Positions 18,933 to 29,460 of a stretch of 32,000 bases of DNA are shown here, one piece after another. The position numbers and the translations under genes are program-made. The stretch's first letter is position 1. Every line of letters begins with the position of its first letter. Origin of the DNA: Candidatus Arthromitus sp. SFB-rat-Yit (GTDB lineage Bacteria; Bacillota; Clostridia; Clostridiales; Clostridiaceae); assembly GCF_000283555.1 (NCBI RefSeq), contig NC_016012.1:780001-812000 (forward strand), given 5' to 3'. A model generated the notes under the pieces. That model saw only the letters and a program-made list of their open reading frames with translations, was not told the origin of the DNA and searched no databases.

Positions 18933-20165
18933 TTAACCAAGTGAAATTTCATTTTTCTTCATAATTATAAAATCATTTGTCTTTAATTCAGTTTCAACAT
19001 GTGCTGTAAAAATCATTTGAGCATGGTTAGCCTTCTCAATATTTTCACCTTTATCATTCTTCATATCGTTTAATACAACCTCAAAATTTTCAGTTTTAGG
19101 TCGTATAATCTCAACCTTATCTCCATTAAACACTCTATTTCTTTGCTCAATAGTTGCTATCTTTGTTTCTTTATCATAATTTTTAACAATACCAATTATA
19201 TCATATTCTCTTACATACGTTGCACTTTCATAACTTTGCTCTCCAGATTTTCCATAAAAAAATCCTGTAGAATATCTTCTATGACTTATCTTCTGAAGAT
19301 TTCTTTTCCAATCAGGGTTAACTTTAAAATTTTCAGGATCGGCATAATATGTATCAATAGCCTCCCTATACATCTTTACAACCATGGCAAGATAAAATAA
19401 ACTTTTCATACGTCCTTCAATTTTCACAGAGGCAACTCCAGATCTAATTACATCATCAATATGTTCAATCATACATAAATCTTTTGAGTTCATTATGTAA
19501 GTTCCATCTTCGTCTTCAAAAACTGGGTAATACTCATTAGGTCGTGTTTCTTCCACAAGATAATATTTATATCTACAAGCTTGAGAGCAAGCCCCCTTGT
19601 TTGAATCTCTAGATGTCATATAATTTGATATTAAACACCTACCAGAATAAGCCATACACATAGCTCCATGAACGAACACTTCTATTTCACAATCTTCTGG
19701 CAATTTCTTCACAAATTCTTCTACCTCTTTTAGTTTTAATTCTCGAGCTAAGATTATCCTTTTTAATCCATAATCATACCAGAATCTCGCAGTTTCATAA
19801 TTCATCGCATTAGCTTGAGTACTTAAATGTATATCCATGTTTGTATTCTTTTTAACTATTGAAATCAAACCTGGATCTGCAATGATCGCACCATCGAAGC
19901 CCAAAGATTCACATCTTTTGACATAGTCTTCAATACCATTCATGTCAAAATTTCTTGGGATCGCATTCAAAACCAAATAAACTTTAGCTCCTCTATCATG
20001 AGCATATTTTATTCCCTCTTTCATCTCATCAAAATCAAAATTATCTGCAAATGCTCTCAGATTTAATCTTGGACCTCCAACATAGACAGCATCAGCTCCA
20101 AAATCAATAGCTACCTTTAATTTTTCTAAACTGCCTGCAGGTGCAAGCAATTCAACTTTTTTCAC
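18933..20165 (-). CDS. Peptidase U32 family protein (TrhP-like tRNA hydroxylation protein)
   Basis: 410 aa; ELLAPAGSLEKLKVAIDFGADAVYVGG, EVFVHGAMCMAYSGRCLISNYMTSRDSNKGACSQACR, SVKIEGRMKS. Confidence 0.93.
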   Translation of the reverse strand: MKKVELLAPAGSLEKLKVAIDFGADAVYVGGPRLNLRAFADNFDFDEMKEGIKYAHDRGAKVYLVLNAIPRNFDMNGIEDYVKRCESLGFDGAIIADPGLISIVKKNTNMDIHLSTQANAMNYETARFWYDYGLKRIILARELKLKEVEEFVKKLPEDCEIEVFVHGAMCMAYSGRCLISNYMTSRDSNKGACSQACRYKYYLVEETRPNEYYPVFEDEDGTYIMNSKDLCMIEHIDDVIRSGVASVKIEGRMKSLFYLAMVVKMYREAIDTYYADPENFKVNPDWKRNLQKISHRRYSTGFFYGKSGEQSYESATYVREYDIIGIVKNYDKETKIATIEQRNRVFNGDKVEIIRPKTENFEVVLNDMKNDKGENIEKANHAQMIFTAHVETELKTNDFIIMKKNEISLG

Positions 20166-20169
20166 CTTA

Positions 20170-20817
20170 TTAATTCCTCCTTAAAATCATAATACCATCA
20201 CCAATAGGTAACAACATTGTTGAAAATCTTGTATCGTTGACAACATTCTTTAAAAATTTTCTCATGTTGTTTACGATAGTTTTTTTACGTTTTACAACTA
20301 AACTATCTGACGCAACCATGCCTTTATATAAAACATTGTCGAAGATAATTATACCATTTTTATTTAAATTTTGGATACAATTGTTCAATAGTTTCTCATA
20401 ATGAGATTTAGATGAATCAATAAATATAAAATCATATCCACGATCTAAATATTCAAAATTTTCAAAACAATCCCCCTCTATAAGACGTATTTTGTTTTCA
20501 TAGCCAAACTTTTTAAAATTTTCTTTTGCTTTTATGATACGATTCTTATCTCTTTCAACGGTTGTTATTTCAACGTTACCTTGAAGTTGTTCGCACATAA
20601 AGATAGAAGAAAATCCTATAGCTGTTCCAAATTCCAAAATATTTTTAGGGATATTGATTTTAAGCATTATACTTATAAAATTTTGAACTTGTTTGTCAAT
20701 TATTGGCACATTATTTTCTAAAGCATATACCTCAAGATCCATAAGATCGTTTGATAAATCTAACCTTGTATTTTTAATTATAAATTCATTTATATCATCA
20801 TTAACGATATTACTCAT
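20170..20817 (-). CDS. trmR: Class I SAM-dependent O-methyltransferase (TrmR-like)
   Basis: 215 aa; ILEFGTAIGFSSIFM motif I, DFIFIDSSKSHY, GGIIIFDNVLYKG. Directly upstream of the U32 gene, as in known trmR-trhP pairs. Confidence 0.85.
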   Translation of the reverse strand: MSNIVNDDINEFIIKNTRLDLSNDLMDLEVYALENNVPIIDKQVQNFISIMLKINIPKNILEFGTAIGFSSIFMCEQLQGNVEITTVERDKNRIIKAKENFKKFGYENKIRLIEGDCFENFEYLDRGYDFIFIDSSKSHYEKLLNNCIQNLNKNGIIIFDNVLYKGMVASDSLVVKRKKTIVNNMRKFLKNVVNDTRFSTMLLPIGDGIMILRRN

Positions 20818-20884
20818 GATAATTTCTCCTAAATCAACAAAATTAATAAAAATAATTTTTTGTTATTTTTTGACTTTTTATAAA

Positions 20885-20913
20885 AATATAGTCAATAATA
20901 TATTCCATGTCAA
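20885..20913 (-). promoter_or_regulatory. Candidate housekeeping (SigA) promoter for the trmR-U32 operon
   Basis: Minus strand TTGACA - 17 nt - TATATT. Confidence 0.6.
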
Positions 20914-20946
20914 TAATTGTATTTAATTGACATTTCGATAAAACAT

Positions 20947-20974
20947 AAAAGGCCACCTATTGAGATGACCTTTT
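20947..20974 (-). terminator. Terminator downstream of mltG
   Basis: AAAAGG..CA/TG..CCTTTT stem with one mismatch, located just past the mltG stop; ORF ends at 20980. Confidence 0.5.
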
Positions 20975-20979
20975 AAAAT

Positions 20980-22014
20980 TTATTTTTTTACAGCAAGAGT
21001 TGTATCTCTTATTGCTTTTTGTCTTAAGAAATCTGCATAATTTTCAAAGAAATAATGATAGTTCGTTTCATCATTTAATATGAAATATAGATAATTCGTT
21101 TCAATTGGACTTATCGAAGCTTTAAGTGATTCCCTTCCTGGTGATGCAATAGGCCCTATAGGAAGCGATGAATACTTGTATGTATTATACTTCGAATCAA
21201 CTTCCAAATCAGAATTATATAATACCTCCTTATGTTTTCCTAAAGCATATATAACCGTTGCACAAGACTGAAGGGGCATTTCAATTCTTAATCTGTTATA
21301 AAATACAGATGCAGCTTTTACTCGTTCTTCATCATGTATAATTTCTCTCTCGACAATAGATGCCATCGTTACAATATCATCTATCTTATCTTCAGGAATA
21401 GAAACTTTTAATTCAGTTTCTAATTCCTTTAAAACTGTTTCAAATTTATCAAGCATAATTTTTATTACAGTATTCGGTGTTGAATCTTTATCAAAATGAT
21501 AAGTATCTGGAAATAAAAATCCTTCCAACATATATCTTCTCTCATCGACATTTTTAACGTATTTTGGTAATGGATAATATTTAACTTCATTTAAAAAATC
21601 TTGTTTTGTAAAACCTAATCCTGACTTCTCAAATAACTCTCCCATTGCTTCCACAGAATATCCTTCAGGTACAGTAACCTTAATAAATTCAGGCATTCTT
21701 CCTTTATTTAAAAATGCCATAACTGTACCTAAAGAAACATCGTCACCAAAAGAGTATTGTCCCGGTTTTATATTTGTATCATAATTAAATATTTTAACTG
21801 AAAGTTTTACAAATAAAGAGTTTCGAAGTTTACCTTGATTTTCCAACTTATTTATTACATTGTTTAAGGTATCACCCTCTTTAACATCAATTTCTACATT
21901 AGATGAGAATGGTCTATTATTTATTGATTGAAAGTTATAAACGAAATAAGCAACAAAACATAATAACAATGAAAAAATTAAAATCAAAATTTTAGATAGC
22001 CAAGATATTCTCAT
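20980..22014 (-). CDS. mltG: Endolytic transglycosylase MltG (YceG-like)
   Basis: 344 aa; TM anchor, RRYMLEGFLFPDTYHF, MASIVEREI, LQSCATVIYALGK, YNTYKYSSLPIGPIASPG, NYLYFILN motifs. Confidence 0.95.
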   Translation of the reverse strand: MRISWLSKILILIFSLLLCFVAYFVYNFQSINNRPFSSNVEIDVKEGDTLNNVINKLENQGKLRNSLFVKLSVKIFNYDTNIKPGQYSFGDDVSLGTVMAFLNKGRMPEFIKVTVPEGYSVEAMGELFEKSGLGFTKQDFLNEVKYYPLPKYVKNVDERRYMLEGFLFPDTYHFDKDSTPNTVIKIMLDKFETVLKELETELKVSIPEDKIDDIVTMASIVEREIIHDEERVKAASVFYNRLRIEMPLQSCATVIYALGKHKEVLYNSDLEVDSKYNTYKYSSLPIGPIASPGRESLKASISPIETNYLYFILNDETNYHYFFENYADFLRQKAIRDTTLAVKK

Positions 22015-22104
22015 TAAATCCTCCTATACATTGCAACATTTATAATTCGTGAAAATTAAAATCATATATTAACCATATCATTTATGTAAAAAATAAAATA
22101 AAAA

Positions 22105-22135
22105 GCCAAAGTGTAAAAAGTTAATACACCATGGC
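22105..22135 (-). terminator. Terminator downstream of the ylbF-family gene
   Basis: GCCA..GTGTA/TACAC..TGGC stem with a 2-nt internal mismatch, then TTTTATTTTATTTTTT on the minus strand. Confidence 0.55.
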
Positions 22136-22144
22136 AAAGGTTAA

Positions 22145-22486
22145 TTAAACAAAACTTTGTATGCCAAAAGCTTCATTTAATATCTTCATTATGTCATCAA
22201 CAATTATACCAACTTTTTGTTCGTATTGAACATACTCAGCAACTACAGGATTAGCCATAACTTTTTGAGATACTATTTTAAATTTTTCTTCAGTTTCTTT
22301 CTCTAATTTGCCTTCTGAACGTTGCTCATTAAATACTAAAAATTGAACATCCCTTAATTCTTTCAACAAAGATGTTAAACTTTCATCTGCTTTAATCTTT
22401 TCACTTATCTCTTTTAATTTTTTAACTTCTTCCATTTGTTTTATAGAATTTGCCAATTCGTGAGCTTTATCATGAATATTAATCAT
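22145..22486 (-). CDS. YlbF/YmcA family protein
   Basis: 113 aa helical protein; KAHELANSIKQMEEVKKLKE...ANPVVAEYVQYEQKVGIIVDDI pattern. Confidence 0.8.
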   Translation of the reverse strand: MINIHDKAHELANSIKQMEEVKKLKEISEKIKADESLTSLLKELRDVQFLVFNEQRSEGKLEKETEEKFKIVSQKVMANPVVAEYVQYEQKVGIIVDDIMKILNEAFGIQSFV

Positions 22487-22532
22487 GAAGTTTTCCCTCC
22501 TAATAAATCTAATATTTAAAAATTTATATAAA

Positions 22533-24356
22533 TTATATTTCCATTATAATTGGTAAAATCATAGGGCGTCGTTTAGTTTTTTCATATAAAAAGCTTCTGA
22601 GTGTATCTTTAATATTTGATTTTAAAGTTGACCAATCCATTATTCCTTCTTCCTCACATTCACGAAGAACTTCTCTAACCAACTCTCTAACATTATCAAT
22701 TAATTTTTCAGATTCACGCACGTAAACAAACCCTCTTGATATTATATCTGGACCTGCAATTATTGTTCCACTCTGACTATCTATAGTAACAACAACTGTA
22801 AGAACACCATCTTGCGACAAATGCTTTCTATCCTTAAGTACAATGTTTCCTACATCTCCAACTCCAAGACCATCAACAAATATTTGACCTGATGGTACAG
22901 TCCCTATTTTGCTTATGGAATTTCTCTTTACTTCGGCAATTTCTCCACATTCCATTATTAACATATTTTTTCTGCTAATACCAAGACTTTCTGCCAACTC
23001 AACATGATGATTTAGGTGCCTAAACTCCCCGTGAATTGGTATAAAGAATTTCGGTTTTGCAAGAGCAAGCATTAATTTAAGCTCCTCTTGGCATGCATGC
23101 CCCGATACATGAACTTTAGCTTTAGATTCATATATAACATCAGCACCACTCTTAAATAATTTATTTACAACCTTAGAAACAAGCTTTTCATTTCCTGGTA
23201 TAGGAGTAGCTGAAAATATAACGGTATCTCCTGGAATAATCGATACCTTCTTGTGATCACCTGATGCCATTCTTGCAAGAGCAGACATAGGTTCTCCCTG
23301 AGTTCCAGTAGTTATAATAACAATCTTATCTGGAGCCCACCTATTAATCTCATCTATTCCTATTAATACATCATCATCGAACTGTATATATCCAAGTTCT
23401 TTTGCAACACCTGTTATGTTTTCCATACTTCTACCAGATATTGCAACTTTTTTCCCATACATTGCAGCTGCATTAATTATCTGTTGAATTCTATGGACAT
23501 TCGACGCAAATGTAGCAACTATGATTCTAGATTTAGCTTTTCCAAATATATCTTCAAAAGTTCTACCGATCTCTTTTTCCGAAATTGTAAAACCTGGCTT
23601 TTCAACATTCGTACTCTCACCAAGCATACAAATTATTCCTTTTCTTCCAAGCTCCGCAATTCTTCCTAGATCGGCAATTTCTCCATCTATAGGAGTAAAA
23701 TCAACCTTAAAATCTCCAGTATGATAAACTATTCCAATTGGTGTATGTATCGCAATCGAAACCGCATCTGGAATGCTATGATTATTTTTTATAAACTCCA
23801 TGCTGATATTATCAAATTTAATAACATCCTTAGGACGCACAACATTCAATTTAGCGTAATCAATGTAATGTTCCTTAAGCTTCACAGATAGTATTCCCAA
23901 TGTTAACCTCGTTCCATACACGGGAACATTAATTTGTTTTAATATGTACGGCACAGCTCCTAAATGATCTTCATGCCCGTGAGTTAAAAATATTCCTTTA
24001 ACTCTGTCCTTATTTTTTATCAAATAACTTATATCTGGAATAACCAAATCAATTCCATACATATCATCATCAGGGAATTTTAATCCACAATCTATAACAA
24101 AAATATCATTTTTATATTCTATTGCTGTTATGTTTTTCCCAACTTCATTAAGCCCACCAAGCGGTATAATTTTTATCGAATTCTGAACTTTTTTCGAATC
24201 TCTATTAAAATTCTTTTCTTTCCTTTGTTGATTAAATTCTTTTTTAAAAGTGCCTTCCTTTTTAGGTGCTTCATCCTTTTTAGAATAATTATCTCTAGTT
24301 TTATAATTATTCTGAGAATCAACAACGTTACGTTTTGATTCTGTTTTTAAATCCAT
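22533..24356 (-). CDS. rnj: Ribonuclease J
   Basis: 607 aa; metallo-beta-lactamase LTHGHEDHLGAVPYIL, HSIPDAVSIAIHTPIG, HTGDFKVD, GTQGEPMSALARMASG, HVSGHA, IPIHGEFRHL. Confidence 0.96.
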   Translation of the reverse strand: MDLKTESKRNVVDSQNNYKTRDNYSKKDEAPKKEGTFKKEFNQQRKEKNFNRDSKKVQNSIKIIPLGGLNEVGKNITAIEYKNDIFVIDCGLKFPDDDMYGIDLVIPDISYLIKNKDRVKGIFLTHGHEDHLGAVPYILKQINVPVYGTRLTLGILSVKLKEHYIDYAKLNVVRPKDVIKFDNISMEFIKNNHSIPDAVSIAIHTPIGIVYHTGDFKVDFTPIDGEIADLGRIAELGRKGIICMLGESTNVEKPGFTISEKEIGRTFEDIFGKAKSRIIVATFASNVHRIQQIINAAAMYGKKVAISGRSMENITGVAKELGYIQFDDDVLIGIDEINRWAPDKIVIITTGTQGEPMSALARMASGDHKKVSIIPGDTVIFSATPIPGNEKLVSKVVNKLFKSGADVIYESKAKVHVSGHACQEELKLMLALAKPKFFIPIHGEFRHLNHHVELAESLGISRKNMLIMECGEIAEVKRNSISKIGTVPSGQIFVDGLGVGDVGNIVLKDRKHLSQDGVLTVVVTIDSQSGTIIAGPDIISRGFVYVRESEKLIDNVRELVREVLRECEEEGIMDWSTLKSNIKDTLRSFLYEKTKRRPMILPIIMEI

Positions 24357-24367
24357 TATAAATCCTC

Positions 24368-24817
24368 CTATTCATTTTTACATTCACTACAAATGCCTAG
24401 AATCTTTAAATTATGGTCAATAATTTCAAATTTGTATTTATCTTCAACTCTCTTTTCTAAATTTTCTAACAAATCTTCTTTAACTTCCATAATTTTATTA
24501 CATTTAACACAAATCAAATGGTGATGCGTATGTTCCTCATCAAAAGAAGACAATTCATATCTAATTACTCTACCATCAAATACTAACTTACTAAGAACTC
24601 CTAATTCTTCAAATAATACAATCGTTCTATAAACGGTAGCAATCCCTATAGTCTTATTCTTTTCGTTTACATAATTATAAATCTCATCAATTGTCAAATG
24701 CTTATTCCTATTTTCGATTATTACGTTCAATATACATTCTCTCTGAGCCGTTAATTTATATCCTTTTGACTTTAGGTATATTTTTATATCTTCCAAATCA
24801 TTTAATCCTCTATGCAT
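24368..24817 (-). CDS. Fur family transcriptional regulator
   Basis: 149 aa; KLTAQRECILNVI, TIGIATVYRTIVLFEELGVL, HTHHHLICVKC, CSEC (two CxxC). Confidence 0.92.
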   Translation of the reverse strand: MHRGLNDLEDIKIYLKSKGYKLTAQRECILNVIIENRNKHLTIDEIYNYVNEKNKTIGIATVYRTIVLFEELGVLSKLVFDGRVIRYELSSFDEEHTHHHLICVKCNKIMEVKEDLLENLEKRVEDKYKFEIIDHNLKILGICSECKNE

Positions 24818-24853
24818 TAAAACTACTCCTTAGATATAAAATCCAAATTTATA

Positions 24854-25267
24854 TCACTTATTTAAGATGTTCAAATAATCCTGCAAAATTATTTGAGCTG
24901 CTATCTTATCAACTATATTCTTTCTCTTTTTTCTAGACATATCTGCTTCTAACATAAAATTATTTGCTAAAACCGTAGTCAACCTTTCATCCATAAACTC
25001 AATCTCAATACCTTCATCCAAAATATTTTTTAGATCCTCACAAAACCTAATAACCTTCTCTCCTTGGAATCCAATACTGCCATTCATATTCTTAGGTAAT
25101 CCCACGATAACTTTACCAATTTTATTATCTCTAATAATACCATTGATGTGAGAAATATCTTTTTCATACTCACTTCGCCTATATGTACCAATCCCTTGAG
25201 CTATTATTCCCGAACTAATAGCAATCCCAATATTCTTATCACCAATATCTAATCCCATGTAATTCAT
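24854..25267 (-). CDS. ruvX: Holliday junction resolvase-like pre-16S rRNA nuclease
   Basis: 137 aa; GLDIGDKNIGIAIS, VVGLPKNMNGSIG, EFMDERLTTV, KKNIVDKIAAQIILQDYL. Confidence 0.93.
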   Translation of the reverse strand: MNYMGLDIGDKNIGIAISSGIIAQGIGTYRRSEYEKDISHINGIIRDNKIGKVIVGLPKNMNGSIGFQGEKVIRFCEDLKNILDEGIEIEFMDERLTTVLANNFMLEADMSRKKRKNIVDKIAAQIILQDYLNILNK

Positions 25268-25296
25268 CTAACTAACCTCTGTACAACTAATAAAAA

Positions 25297-25325
25297 ATCC
25301 AAGTAAGCTAAACGCAAACTTGGAT
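25297..25325 (-). terminator. Terminator downstream of ireB
   Basis: Perfect 8-bp stem atccaagt/acttggat, followed by a T-run on the minus strand. Confidence 0.65.
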
Positions 25326-25333
25326 AAAATTAA

Positions 25334-25609
25334 TTACTTTTTTAAGTAAGCTTTTAATACTTCTTCTAATATCTCATCACGCTCAAGTTTACTTATCAAT
25401 GCCCTGGCACCGTTATAATTTGTAATATAAGTTGGATCACCAGATATAAGATATCCTACTAATTGATTGATAGGCTTATATCCTTTCTGCTCCAAAGAAT
25501 TATAAACCTCTTCTAGTATTTCTTTGGTATTTAATTGATCTACAGATTCAAATTTACTCTCGATCAAATCACGATCATACTTCATAAACATCGTAAAATC
25601 TTTTTTCAT
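25334..25609 (-). CDS. ireB: IreB family (UPF0297) regulatory phosphoprotein
   Basis: 91 aa; [55 protein letters not shown] is diagnostic. Conserved location between alaS and ruvX. Confidence 0.93.
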   Translation of the reverse strand: MKKDFTMFMKYDRDLIESKFESVDQLNTKEILEEVYNSLEQKGYKPINQLVGYLISGDPTYITNYNGARALISKLERDEILEEVLKAYLKK

Positions 25610-25679
25610 AAATCCATACGCACCTCCTCTTTTGGAGTCGTCTTGAAATAATTATATAACAATAATTATCATTTGGCAA

Positions 25680-28313
25680 TTAAATAATTTCATATAATTG
25701 ATTAAAAGCATTTTTAAGCTTTTCGATATCAGTTGCAGATCCTTGTGCCATTTCTTTTCTTCCGCCTCCACTTCCACCGGCTAATTTCAAAGTTTCTTTT
25801 AGTAACTTTCCACAATCAACTCCAAGCTCAATCGCTTTTTTATTTGCCATACAAACAACACTTGCTTTCCCATTTATCACAGTCGCAAGCATAAAAACTC
25901 CACACTCTACTTTATCTCTTATATTAGCACAAGCATCTCTAAGCCCATTGACATCTACATCATTAAAAATATTAACGACTACCTTTATACCATTTTTCTC
26001 TTTGCAATTTTCAACAATATTATCCATTTCCTTCAATTTCGCATTTGATATTACTGAAACTAAATTTAGTATTTCACTATTTTTATTTTTTATATCTGAT
26101 ACTAAACTTTTAACTTTATTTACAATTTCACCAATCGATGAAACTTTAACCTCTGACGAAATTTGATTTAAAATATTTCTATTAGATTTCACAATATCAA
26201 ACACATTACTCCCTGTAGTTGCCTCTATTCTTCTTACTCCTGACGATACAGAACTCTCACTAGTTATAATAAAACTTCCAATAAATCCCGTATTAGTAAC
26301 GTGCGTTCCACCACATAACTCCATACTAAAATCATCCACACTAAGAACTCTAACTTCATCTTCATATTTTTCATCAAACAAACAAGTCGCACCTTTTTCT
26401 TTCGCTGATATTATATCCATAAGTTCAGTTTTTACATTAATTTGTTTGTAGATATACTCATTAACCATATCTTCAACTCTTTTTATTTCATCATGCGTCA
26501 AAGCTTTAAAATGCGTAAAATCAAATCTAAGCTTTTTATCGTCTAAATAAGAACCAGATTGTTTAACATGGTTACCCAAAACACTTCTAAGTGCACTTTG
26601 AAGCAAATGAGTAGCTGTATGATTTCTACAAATAGATTTACGTCTAGGTTCATCAACAATAAGCAAGATTTCATCATTTTTCTTTATAGTTCCCTCTAGA
26701 ACTTCCACAACATGATATATCTGCCCTTGCATATTTTTCTGCGTTGAAATAACTTTTGCGGTTCCATTTTGAGATTTTATTATTCCTATATCTCCAATTT
26801 GACCTCCCATTTCAGGGTAGAAAGGAGTTCTTTCAGAAATTAAAAACCCTTTAGTTTTATACATAATTTCATCACTAAAACTATTATCAACTATAATATC
26901 CATGATTTTGGATTTAATTTCTAAACGTTCATACCCAACAAACTCTGTTTCATAATTTTCAGTTGAATTTAAAACACCGAGGTCATTCCCTAAATAATTG
27001 TCAGTCTTTCTAGAATCTCGTGCTTTCTTCTGTTGACTTTTCATCTCAGCTTCAAATCCATCAATATCAACTGTTATATTCCTCTCTTTTAATATCTCTT
27101 CAGTTAATTCAATAGGGAATCCATATGTATCATACAATTTGAACGCTTTACTTCCTGAGAGGACATTTTCGTTTTTATTTTCCAACTCTTTCACATAATT
27201 GTTTAAAAGAATATCCATCCCATTGTTTAAAGTTTTGCTGAAATTATCTTCCTCAACATCAACAATGTTACTTATATATTCTTTTCTTTCAATCAATTCT
27301 GGATAACTATTTTTATACTCATCAATAACTTTAGAAACTATATCATTCAAAAACTTTTTATTGATACCTATAAGTTTTGCATGTCTAATACTTCTTCTCA
27401 TCAATCGACGCAAAACATATCCACGCCCTTCATTACTAGGTATCACACCATCACAAATGAGAAAAGCTATACTACGAGAATGATCTGCAATTACTTTTGA
27501 AGAATAATCTAATTGATCTTCCTTACATGATGGATTAGCTATACTCTTAACTTTATCAACTAAACATTTTAAAAGGTCTGTTTCAAAAACATTTTTAACT
27601 CCTTGAGTTACGATAGCTAATCTTTCAAGTCCCATACCTGTATCAATATTTTTGTATTTTAAAGTTTCATACACTCCATTTTCATTTTTGTTAAATTGCG
27701 TGAACACAAGATTCCATATTTCAAAAAGTTCTCCTCTATCTTGAAATTCTAAAAATTTTTCCTTAGAATCTATTTTCTCATCTAAAAAAGAATAGAATAT
27801 TTCTGAGCAAGGCCCACAAGGTCCAACACCAATTTCCCAAAAATTATCTCCTTTACCAATTTTAAAAATTCTATCCTCTTCAATTCCAATTTCTTTTTTC
27901 CAAATATCAAAAGCCTCATCATCTTCATTATAAACACTTATGTACAATCTATCTGTTGGTATCTCAATAACCTTAGTCAAAAATTCCCAAGCATAAGCTA
28001 TAGCATCTTTTTTAAAATAATCACCGAACGAAAAATTTCCAAACATCTCAAAAAAAGTACAATGTCTTGCAGTCTTTCCAACACTATCAATATCTCCCGT
28101 TCTTATACATTTTTGACATGTTGTAACTCGATTAGATGGAGGAGTTGCAGCACGAGTAAAAAACTTTTTCAGAGGTGCCATACCTGCATTAATAAGCAAT
28201 AAACTATCATCATCTTTAGGCACTAAAGGAAAGCTACTCATTACATAGTGTGATTTGTTTTTAAAAAACTCAATAAATAAATTTCTCAAATCATCATAAG
28301 TATATTTTTTCAT
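25680..28313 (-). CDS. alaS: Alanyl-tRNA synthetase
   Basis: ORF track starts at a GTG at 28325, but GGAG spacing favours the ATG at 28313 (MKKYTYDDLRNLF). PLVPKDDDSLLLINAGMAPLK, NRTATHLL-like RNHTATHLLQSAL, MELCGGTHV, AGGSGGGRKEMAQG. Confidence 0.97.
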   Translation of the reverse strand: MKKYTYDDLRNLFIEFFKNKSHYVMSSFPLVPKDDDSLLLINAGMAPLKKFFTRAATPPSNRVTTCQKCIRTGDIDSVGKTARHCTFFEMFGNFSFGDYFKKDAIAYAWEFLTKVIEIPTDRLYISVYNEDDEAFDIWKKEIGIEEDRIFKIGKGDNFWEIGVGPCGPCSEIFYSFLDEKIDSKEKFLEFQDRGELFEIWNLVFTQFNKNENGVYETLKYKNIDTGMGLERLAIVTQGVKNVFETDLLKCLVDKVKSIANPSCKEDQLDYSSKVIADHSRSIAFLICDGVIPSNEGRGYVLRRLMRRSIRHAKLIGINKKFLNDIVSKVIDEYKNSYPELIERKEYISNIVDVEEDNFSKTLNNGMDILLNNYVKELENKNENVLSGSKAFKLYDTYGFPIELTEEILKERNITVDIDGFEAEMKSQQKKARDSRKTDNYLGNDLGVLNSTENYETEFVGYERLEIKSKIMDIIVDNSFSDEIMYKTKGFLISERTPFYPEMGGQIGDIGIIKSQNGTAKVISTQKNMQGQIYHVVEVLEGTIKKNDEILLIVDEPRRKSICRNHTATHLLQSALRSVLGNHVKQSGSYLDDKKLRFDFTHFKALTHDEIKRVEDMVNEYIYKQINVKTELMDIISAKEKGATCLFDEKYEDEVRVLSVDDFSMELCGGTHVTNTGFIGSFIITSESSVSSGVRRIEATTGSNVFDIVKSNRNILNQISSEVKVSSIGEIVNKVKSLVSDIKNKNSEILNLVSVISNAKLKEMDNIVENCKEKNGIKVVVNIFNDVDVNGLRDACANIRDKVECGVFMLATVINGKASVVCMANKKAIELGVDCGKLLKETLKLAGGSGGGRKEMAQGSATDIEKLKNAFNQLYEII

Positions 28314-28361
28314 AACACATATCACTCCATTTTAATTAAAATCCGCTGAATCATATTTATT

Positions 28362-29435
28362 TTAAAAATATTTTACTATAATTCCTCCACCCAAAACTAT
28401 ATCGCCTTGATATAACACTAAAGATTGACCACAAGTCATTGCACGTTGTGGTTCGTCGAAAACAATTTTTATCTTATCATCACTAACTCTATATATTTTC
28501 CCGGAACAAAGTTTCGCCTGATAACGAATTTTACCCTCAACATTCAATCCATCTTCAAAACTGTCAATATGTACAAGATTAATTTTATCAATTATGGCAT
28601 TCCTAAAAAATAAATCTTCCTCATCTCCAATAACAATTTCATTAGTCTTAGCATTTATATCTATAACATACGCTGGTTTTCCAAGTGATAAATTAAGACC
28701 CTTTCTCTGCCCTATTGTATAATAAACAATTCCTTTATGCTCCCCTAGTATCTCACCATCTTTATTAACAAACTTTCCTTTAACAACCTTTTCTATGTTT
28801 GATATAAAATTTCCATGGTTTCCATCAGGAACAAAACAAATTTCCTCACTATCTTTTTTGTTATGTATATCCATACCAATTTCCTTAGCAATTTGTCGAA
28901 CTTGCTCTTTTGTATATTTCCCACACGGCATCAAAATATTCTTTAATTGATCTTGTTTAAGAACATACAGCATGTATGTTTGATCTTTTTTGTGATCAAT
29001 CCCTCTTTTTAATATGAATTTTCCATCAACTTCTTCAATGTTTGCATAATGTCCCGTTGCTATATAGTCAGCACCTAAATTTTTAGCTCCTTTTAGAAAT
29101 TCTCCAAATTTTATATGTCTATTACATTCAACGCAAGGGTTTGGAGTATTACCACCCAAATAATCATTTACAAAATAATCAACTACCTTATCTTTAAATA
29201 CATCTTTGTAATTCAAAACATAAAAAGGTATATTTAGGAGCTCTGCAACTTTACGAGCATCAAGAACTGATGAAAGAGAACAACATCCACCTTCTTGAAG
29301 TAAATAAACTTCATCATTCTGTGATAAATTCAACATAATGCCTATAACTTCATATCCTTCTTTTTTCAATAGATACGCAGCAACTGCACTATCAACTCCA
29401 CCACTCAAACCAATAACAACTCTCTTTTTATCCAA
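28362..29435 (-). CDS. mnmA: tRNA-specific 2-thiouridylase MnmA
   Basis: 357 aa; GLSGGVDSAVAAYLL, GNTPNPCVECNRHIKF, ATGHYA, KDQTYMLYVL, DSEEICFVPD, YTIGQRKGL. Confidence 0.96.
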   Translation of the reverse strand: MDKKRVVIGLSGGVDSAVAAYLLKKEGYEVIGIMLNLSQNDEVYLLQEGGCCSLSSVLDARKVAELLNIPFYVLNYKDVFKDKVVDYFVNDYLGGNTPNPCVECNRHIKFGEFLKGAKNLGADYIATGHYANIEEVDGKFILKRGIDHKKDQTYMLYVLKQDQLKNILMPCGKYTKEQVRQIAKEIGMDIHNKKDSEEICFVPDGNHGNFISNIEKVVKGKFVNKDGEILGEHKGIVYYTIGQRKGLNLSLGKPAYVIDINAKTNEIVIGDEEDLFFRNAIIDKINLVHIDSFEDGLNVEGKIRYQAKLCSGKIYRVSDDKIKIVFDEPQRAMTCGQSLVLYQGDIVLGGGIIVKYF

Positions 29436-29460
29436 AACATATCACCCAAACCACAATCTT

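Noticed and set aside
28314-28361. T-box riboswitch upstream of alaS
   Set aside because: Only about 48 nt separate mnmA and alaS, too short for a T-box leader, and no T-box sequence is visible.
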